The notes beneath the pieces were generated by a model. It saw nothing but the letters and a program-made list of their open reading frames with translations, did no database searches and was not told the origin of the DNA. A stretch of DNA of 64,000 nucleotides from the NCBI GenBank assembly GCA_034506395.1, contig JAPDPQ010000001.1, positions 4,435 to 68,434 of the forward strand, read 5' to 3'. Position numbers and translations under genes: made by a program. How positions within the stretch are numbered: the first letter of the stretch is position 1; each line of letters begins with the position of its first letter. This stretch comes from Candidatus Zhuqueibacterota bacterium. Lineage in GTDB: Bacteria; Zhuqueibacterota; Zhuqueibacteria; Thermofontimicrobiales; Thermofontimicrobiaceae. Shown here in pieces: positions 57,450-64,000 of this stretch.

Positions 57450-58337
57450 CGCAACCCTTTGCTCTGCTGCAGTGCTTCAGGATGGATTTCTGGAGAAACC
57501 GATTGAAGATCTATCTGAGATAGGATTAAAATGATGTTTAGAAGAAAAATTAGGTCGTATCAAATCTTCAATAACAATTTCTCCAAAATTATTTTTCTTT
57601 CGATGATTTGTAAAGTCTTTGGGTTCAGCAATCTCTTTTCATTGCTATCTTTTCTCCAAAACTTTACGAGCTTTTCAATGAGCGTTTCTTTTTCTCATTG
57701 AAGGTCTAATCATTTTCCCTCTGTCTTGATCTGAGCTACCCCCTCTCCTAAAGGATTGGCCAGCATTGAATCGTCATCCTTGAATGAAGCCATTTGGCGC
57801 CCATTTTATTTCGAAAAATAGCTCCCGAATCATCACGCTATTTATATACCAATTAGTTTGGATATTGTCAAGTAGTTTGTTAGTTTAAAGCAAAAAATGA
57901 TCAATCAAACCTATCTGCCTATCGATCACGAAAATTTCGATTTGCTGCAACCATTTTAAGAGAGATCAAACCAACCTCTCTCATTCGTCCTTCTTAATAG
58001 AATTACTGCATGCAATTTTCATTTGTTCCAAAGGAGAGGGGTTATGTTTGAGGGTTTACCAAGATGTTGATTCAACCAATGCTTTCTTACACATTTTTTT
58101 TCACTAAACCACTTTCTCAAGCTGAAGGATTAATAGATTGCCTGATCCCCAATATGCGGGTGAATCGCGAGCCTAACCCAATCTAAATTGCATTCCCTTC
58201 TTGGAAAGCTGAAATTAACGAGGTCATCCACTCCGATTGCATGATTGCAAATGATAATTTTTCTAAAAGGGAGAAGTTCGTTGCTTCTTAAAGCACCTTT
58301 GCGCCCTTTTCCGCTTGATATTTGACAAAATTTTCTA

Positions 58338-58366
58338 TTGACATTCTTGATATTTTTTCTTATATT
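58338..58366 (+). promoter_or_regulatory. Sigma-70-type promoter of rpsT
   Basis: TTGACA (58338-58343), 17-nt spacer, TATATT (58361-58366). AAGGAG Shine-Dalgarno before ATG 58414. Confidence 0.55.
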
Positions 58367-58413
58367 CTGCCTGCCTTAATGATAATGAATTAAAATTTAA
58401 AACGAAGGAGTCT

Positions 58414-58671
58414 ATGGCACATCATAAATCGGCAATCAAGCGGATAAAAACCAGCCGAAAACAGAATCAACGCAATGTGAGCTATAAATCTCAGATGAAG
58501 ACCGTAATAAAGAAGGTATTGGGCATTAAAGATAAAGATGCGGTTCAGAATGAGGTGAAAAAGGCATATAAGCTGTTGGATAAGCTAGCAGCAAAGGGGA
58601 TTATACATAAAAATAAAGCTGCAAATAAAAAGTCCAAATTAGCTAGACATGCTAACAAAATAGCTGCATAA
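58414..58671 (+). CDS. rpsT: 30S ribosomal protein S20
   Basis: MAHHKSAIKRIKTSRKQNQRNVSYKSQMKTVIKKV..KGIIHKNKAANKKSKL. Confidence 0.95.
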   Translation: MAHHKSAIKRIKTSRKQNQRNVSYKSQMKTVIKKVLGIKDKDAVQNEVKKAYKLLDKLAAKGIIHKNKAANKKSKLARHANKIAA

Positions 58672-58748
58672 TTTGATATTTCATTTTTCTTTTGAAATCT
58701 ATCTACGACTGGCATTAGATCTGATCAACAATCAGATCATGAAAAGCT

Positions 58749-58825
58749 GAGGCCGGAGTGGCTAGCCAAAACCGGTAACTCCCCCTAATCCCGGGATGGC
58801 ATTATAACTCCGGTCTCTTTTTTTT
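58749..58825 (+). terminator. Intrinsic terminator after rpsT: 11-bp stem enclosing a 47-nt insert, followed by T8
   Basis: GAGGCCGGAGT (58749-58759) pairs with ACTCCGGTCTC (58807-58817), with one G-U pair, then TTTTTTTT (58818-58825). Confidence 0.6.
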
Positions 58826-58988
58826 GTCTATAAGGGTTTTGCAAATATTCAATCTACAGGATAACAATCATGCCTTAAAACAAAGGGCAACCAATCATTT
58901 CACTGCCTGCCTCAGAATGCGACAAAAAGGGGTCCCGCCTAATCAACACACCTTCCTTGAATATGCAATTTTGCTGTCCTCAATTCTT

Positions 58989-60473
<1,485 letters not shown>

Positions 60474-61085
60474 TCAAAACTAATTAAAATTTATCGATTG
60501 AAAGCATTCCTAACGAGCAATCTTTTTTATTTAAGCTGCCGTTAACTCTTCAAAAGCAAATTTGATCAATCAATTCGGCTGAACCATCAGGAGATAATCG
60601 AACCAAGCAGAATTCACCGAATTCTTCCTTTGGTTCAACCTTCATTTTTTTTTGATGGGCCTTCTATAAAAATAAAGTTGTCCAATAATACTAAATATTT
60701 TGCTCAGAGTCAACTATTTTTCAGCAATCTCTCAGTTGACACGTTCAATGACATCCGTTTATCGACCATAATAGGGATCACTCAATATATTAAGACGGTT
60801 TTAAACAACTCGCTCACAATCAACTGGAATAACCGATCCATGACGCTAAATAAAAACCTCAAAGAAGGGCATATTGAAAAAGGAGATGTACTGGTCTCAA
60901 TTCACCTCAACTACAAGCGACCAAGATTATCAATCATGGAAGAAATTCTGCAAAATCTGCCTAGTGAGAAGCAGGCGATGATGAGATAGGCTTGATTCAA
61001 AATTTAGTATTGATTTATTCGGAAAATTTTCCTATTATTGGTGACTTTAAAAAGTAATTAGTAGCGGTACAAGGTAGTGAACAAT

Positions 61086-62882
61086 ATGTCAATCGAGCTC
61101 ATTAGAAATTTCTCAATTATCGCACATATCGATCACGGAAAATCGACGTTAGCGGATCGGTTATTGGAGGCAACTGGCACGCTTCGCAAAGAGGAGATGG
61201 TCGATCAGGTTCTCGATAGTATGGATTTGGAACGGGAACGGGGGATTACAATCAAGGCCCATGCCATTACCATGACTTATCATGCTGACGATCATAAAAC
61301 CTACACCTTGAATTTGATCGACACTCCAGGCCATGTCGATTTTTCTTATGAAGTTTCGCGCAGCTTGGCGGCGTGCGAAGGCGCAATCTTGGTAGTTGAT
61401 GCCACGCAGGGCGTCGAAGCCCAAACGATTAGCAATCTCTATTTGGCGTTGGAAAACAATCTCGAGATCATTCCCGTGATCAATAAAATTGACATGCAGA
61501 ACGCCCGAATCGATGCGGTAAAACAACAGATCGTCGAAATCATGGGAATAGACGAGCGTGATATTTTATTATGCAGTGCTCGGGAGGGAATTGGCATCCA
61601 TGAGTTACTGGAGGCGGTTGTCCATCGGATTCCACCGCCGAAGGGCGATCCAACCGCACCGTTGCAAGCATTGATTTTCGATTCCATGTTTAATAGTTAT
61701 CGAGGCGCGATCGCTTATATCCGGGTTTTTCAGGGGGAGATTTATACAGGGATGCCCATAAAATTCTTCTCTCATGATAAAATTTATGAAGTGGCTGAAG
61801 TGGGCATTTTGAAATTGAAGAATATCCCTCGCGATCGATTAACTGTGGGAGAAGTTGGATATGTTATCGCTGGTGCAAAAGAGGTAAAGGATACTAAGGT
61901 CGGCGATACCATCACCTCCGCAGAGAATCCAGCGCCAAAACCGCTGCCTGGTTATCGAGAAGCCAAACCTATGGTGTTTAGCAGCCTCTTTCCAGCAAAA
62001 AATGAGGATTATGAAGATCTTCGGGATGCTTTGGAGCGTCTTAAGCTCAATGATGCTGCATTGGTATTTGAACCTGAGAATTCGCTCGCCCTCGGTTTTG
62101 GGTTTCGCTGTGGCTTTCTGGGATTGCTCCACATGGAGATCATTCAGGAGCGGCTAGAGCGTGAATATCATCTAAATTTGGTCAATACCCTTCCCAGTGT
62201 CGCGTTTCGAGTTCATAAGACCAATGGGGAAATCGTCATGGTGGATAACCCTGTTAAAATGCCTCCAGCAGGAAACATCAAGTTGATCGAAGAACCCTAT
62301 GTTCGCGCTGACATTTTAACTCCTATTGAATACATCGGTAACATCATGAAGATCGCACAGGAGCGGCGCGGCATATATAAAAACACCGATTACCTCGATC
62401 CCACGCGGGCGAATCTTCATTATGAGTTTCCCTTAGCAGAGATCATTTATGATTTTTATGACAAATTGAAATCGGTGAGCAAAGGTTACGCATCTTTCGA
62501 TTATGAATTTCTCAATTATCAGCCGGGCGATCTAATCAAATTGGATATTCTAATCAATAAAGAACCTGTGGACGCCCTGTCGATCATCATTCATCGTTCC
62601 AAGGGTTACGAATGGGGCCGAAAGGTTTGCCAGAAGCTCAAGGAACTGATCCCTCGGCAAATGTTTGAAGTGGTGATTCAGTCGGCAATTGGAAGCAAAA
62701 TCATTGCAAGGGAAACAATTCGACCATTGCGGAAAAATGTTACCGCGAAATGCTACGGAGGCGATATCACGCGCAAAAGGAAGTTGCTGGAAAAACAAAA
62801 GGAGGGAAAAAAGCGGATGAAACAATTGGGGAGTGTCGAGGTGCCTCAGGAAGCGTTCTTGGCGGTGTTAAAGGTGGATTGA
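61086..62882 (+). CDS. lepA: Elongation factor 4
   Basis: [36 protein letters not shown], plus the LepA-specific C-terminal domain. ATG 61086 preferred over GTG 61077. Confidence 0.95.
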   Translation: MSIELIRNFSIIAHIDHGKSTLADRLLEATGTLRKEEMVDQVLDSMDLERERGITIKAHAITMTYHADDHKTYTLNLIDTPGHVDFSYEVSRSLAACEGAILVVDATQGVEAQTISNLYLALENNLEIIPVINKIDMQNARIDAVKQQIVEIMGIDERDILLCSAREGIGIHELLEAVVHRIPPPKGDPTAPLQALIFDSMFNSYRGAIAYIRVFQGEIYTGMPIKFFSHDKIYEVAEVGILKLKNIPRDRLTVGEVGYVIAGAKEVKDTKVGDTITSAENPAPKPLPGYREAKPMVFSSLFPAKNEDYEDLRDALERLKLNDAALVFEPENSLALGFGFRCGFLGLLHMEIIQERLEREYHLNLVNTLPSVAFRVHKTNGEIVMVDNPVKMPPAGNIKLIEEPYVRADILTPIEYIGNIMKIAQERRGIYKNTDYLDPTRANLHYEFPLAEIIYDFYDKLKSVSKGYASFDYEFLNYQPGDLIKLDILINKEPVDALSIIIHRSKGYEWGRKVCQKLKELIPRQMFEVVIQSAIGSKIIARETIRPLRKNVTAKCYGGDITRKRKLLEKQKEGKKRMKQLGSVEVPQEAFLAVLKVD

Positions 62883-63221
62883 ACTTATTGGACCATATCG
62901 AGCTGAGCGAATTAAATATGGCTCTTGACGATCCGCATCGAAAATCAATCAGAGGTCTGATTGTGAACTTTTGAAGCCTCTTGACTGATTGAAATCATGA
63001 GAATGTCCTGGACCTATGAATCCAAGGCTCTTGGATAACTTATTTGGCGGATGAAATAAATCGGGTTGCAAAGGAGACAAGCTCGCGGATGAAGCGACTG
63101 CGGATCAATATCGCTTCTTTGCCTGATCTGTAATGGTGAAACCGCGCTCAACCGTCTCCCGTATTGAAAGGTCGCATTTTTATAATTCTCAAAAAGATTT
63201 TCAAGCGAAAGGAGCTCTCCG

Positions 63222-63980
63222 TTGATCGAGGCAATTCATCTAACCAAGCGATTTGATGGGCTGGTAGCTGTTAATGATCTCAATCTCCAGGTTCATAGAG
63301 AACTTTTTGTATTTCTCGGTCCGAATGGCGCAGGAAAAACGACAACCATTAAAATGATGACGGGGCTATTGCGCCCGAATTCTGGAACGGTTCGAATCGA
63401 GGGCTATGATCTGTTACAGCAACCCATTGAAGCCAAGAGAATGTTCGGCTTGGTCCCAGACACCCCAGTGCTTTACGATAAATTGACACTCAAGGAATTT
63501 TTGCAGTTCATCGCCGATCTGTATGAAGTGGAACGTTCGACCTTCCGTCGACGTTTTGCCAATCTTGTAGAATTGTTTGAGCTCGAAGATAAGATCGATG
63601 AATTGATCCAAAATTTTTCTCACGGCATGAAACAAAAGGCAATTTTGGCCGCCGCGCTGATCCATGACCCAAAAGTGTTATTTTTAGATGAACCGACTGT
63701 GGGATTAGACCCTAAGAGCGCGAGAAAATTGAAGGATCTGCTCCGAGGCTTGATAGAACAAGGGGTCACAATATTCATGTCCACGCACATTCTTGAAATT
63801 GCCGAAGCGATGTGCGATCGCGTGGGAATCATCGATAAAGGGAAATTGATAGCCTGCGGCACGATGCAGGAATTGCGTTTAAAATCTAAAAGACATGACA
63901 CCAGTTTGGAATCTATTTTTCTGGAACTCACTGGGGGCGATGAATATCATGATGTAATCAAATATTTGGAAGAAAAGTAG
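63222..63980 (+). CDS. ABC transporter ATP-binding protein (ABC-2/export type)
   Basis: GPNGAGKTTTIKMM (Walker A), FSHGMKQKAILA (signature variant), LFLDEPTVGLD (Walker B). TTG start with AAGGAG 8 nt upstream. A new ORF begins at ATG 63983 but is cut by the window edge. Confidence 0.85.
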   Translation: MIEAIHLTKRFDGLVAVNDLNLQVHRELFVFLGPNGAGKTTTIKMMTGLLRPNSGTVRIEGYDLLQQPIEAKRMFGLVPDTPVLYDKLTLKEFLQFIADLYEVERSTFRRRFANLVELFELEDKIDELIQNFSHGMKQKAILAAALIHDPKVLFLDEPTVGLDPKSARKLKDLLRGLIEQGVTIFMSTHILEIAEAMCDRVGIIDKGKLIACGTMQELRLKSKRHDTSLESIFLELTGGDEYHDVIKYLEEK

Positions 63981-64000
63981 CCATGAACTTTCATCAGCTT

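Noticed and set aside
60630-60989. 119-aa TTG-initiated ORF in the guaB-lepA divergent region
   Set aside because: It is AT-rich with an Asn/Ile/Ser/Leu-biased translation, a non-ATG start without an RBS, and no motif. It is more likely non-coding. A shorter internal ORF (MTLNKNLKEGH.., about 49 aa) cannot be excluded.

Overview
This 64-kb window reads like the chromosome of an uncultivated, anaerobic, diderm bacterium. That is an inference from LpxH, Lgt/LspA, a T9SS-type C-terminal sorting domain, a membrane pyrophosphatase, a glycyl radical enzyme and a microcompartment locus; the lineage cannot be assigned by eye. I can support about 56 protein-coding genes, one tRNA-Gln(UUG), several sigma-70-type promoters (TTGACA-N17-TATAxT), one clear intrinsic terminator and a small family of REP-like repeats. 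I see no rRNA, CRISPR array, transposase, integrase or phage genes. Most of the window is housekeeping: rpsF-ssb-rpsR-rplI, ispE-spoVG-tRNA-prs-rplY, hppA, nadE, tsaD, guaB, lepA, rpsT, PBP1A, lgt and lspA. Two accessory regions stand out. (1) At 3.4-12.6 kb there is a complete bacterial microcompartment (BMC) locus with one BMC-H, two tandem-domain BMC-T and three BMC-P shell genes. These are interleaved with an RpiB-DeoC fusion, an acylating aldehyde dehydrogenase, a GNAT acyltransferase, a class II aldolase and a DUF89 phosphatase. The locus is preceded by an ECF sigma / soluble zinc anti-sigma pair. It mixes the signatures of the described SPU and PVM BMC classes. No phosphotransacylase, alcohol dehydrogenase or acetate kinase is present anywhere in the window. 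Its cargo enzymes carry encapsulation-peptide-like helices, and two of them (the RpiB-DeoC fusion and the class II aldolase) share a short CxxCGxC motif. This locus is my best candidate for a not-yet-described system variant. (2) At 46.7-57.5 kb there is an orphan glycyl radical enzyme of the GCVE eliminase clade with no activase in the window. It is flanked by a URO-D-family/AEC-transporter pair, a DUF4392 protein and a 1510-aa secreted S8 peptidase with six tandem repeats. A phosphohexomutase-family gene coupled to thymidine phosphorylase at 36.9-39.7 kb could feed deoxyribose phosphate to the BMC. All functional calls come from motif recognition by eye on the supplied translations. No database search, alignment or folding program was run.
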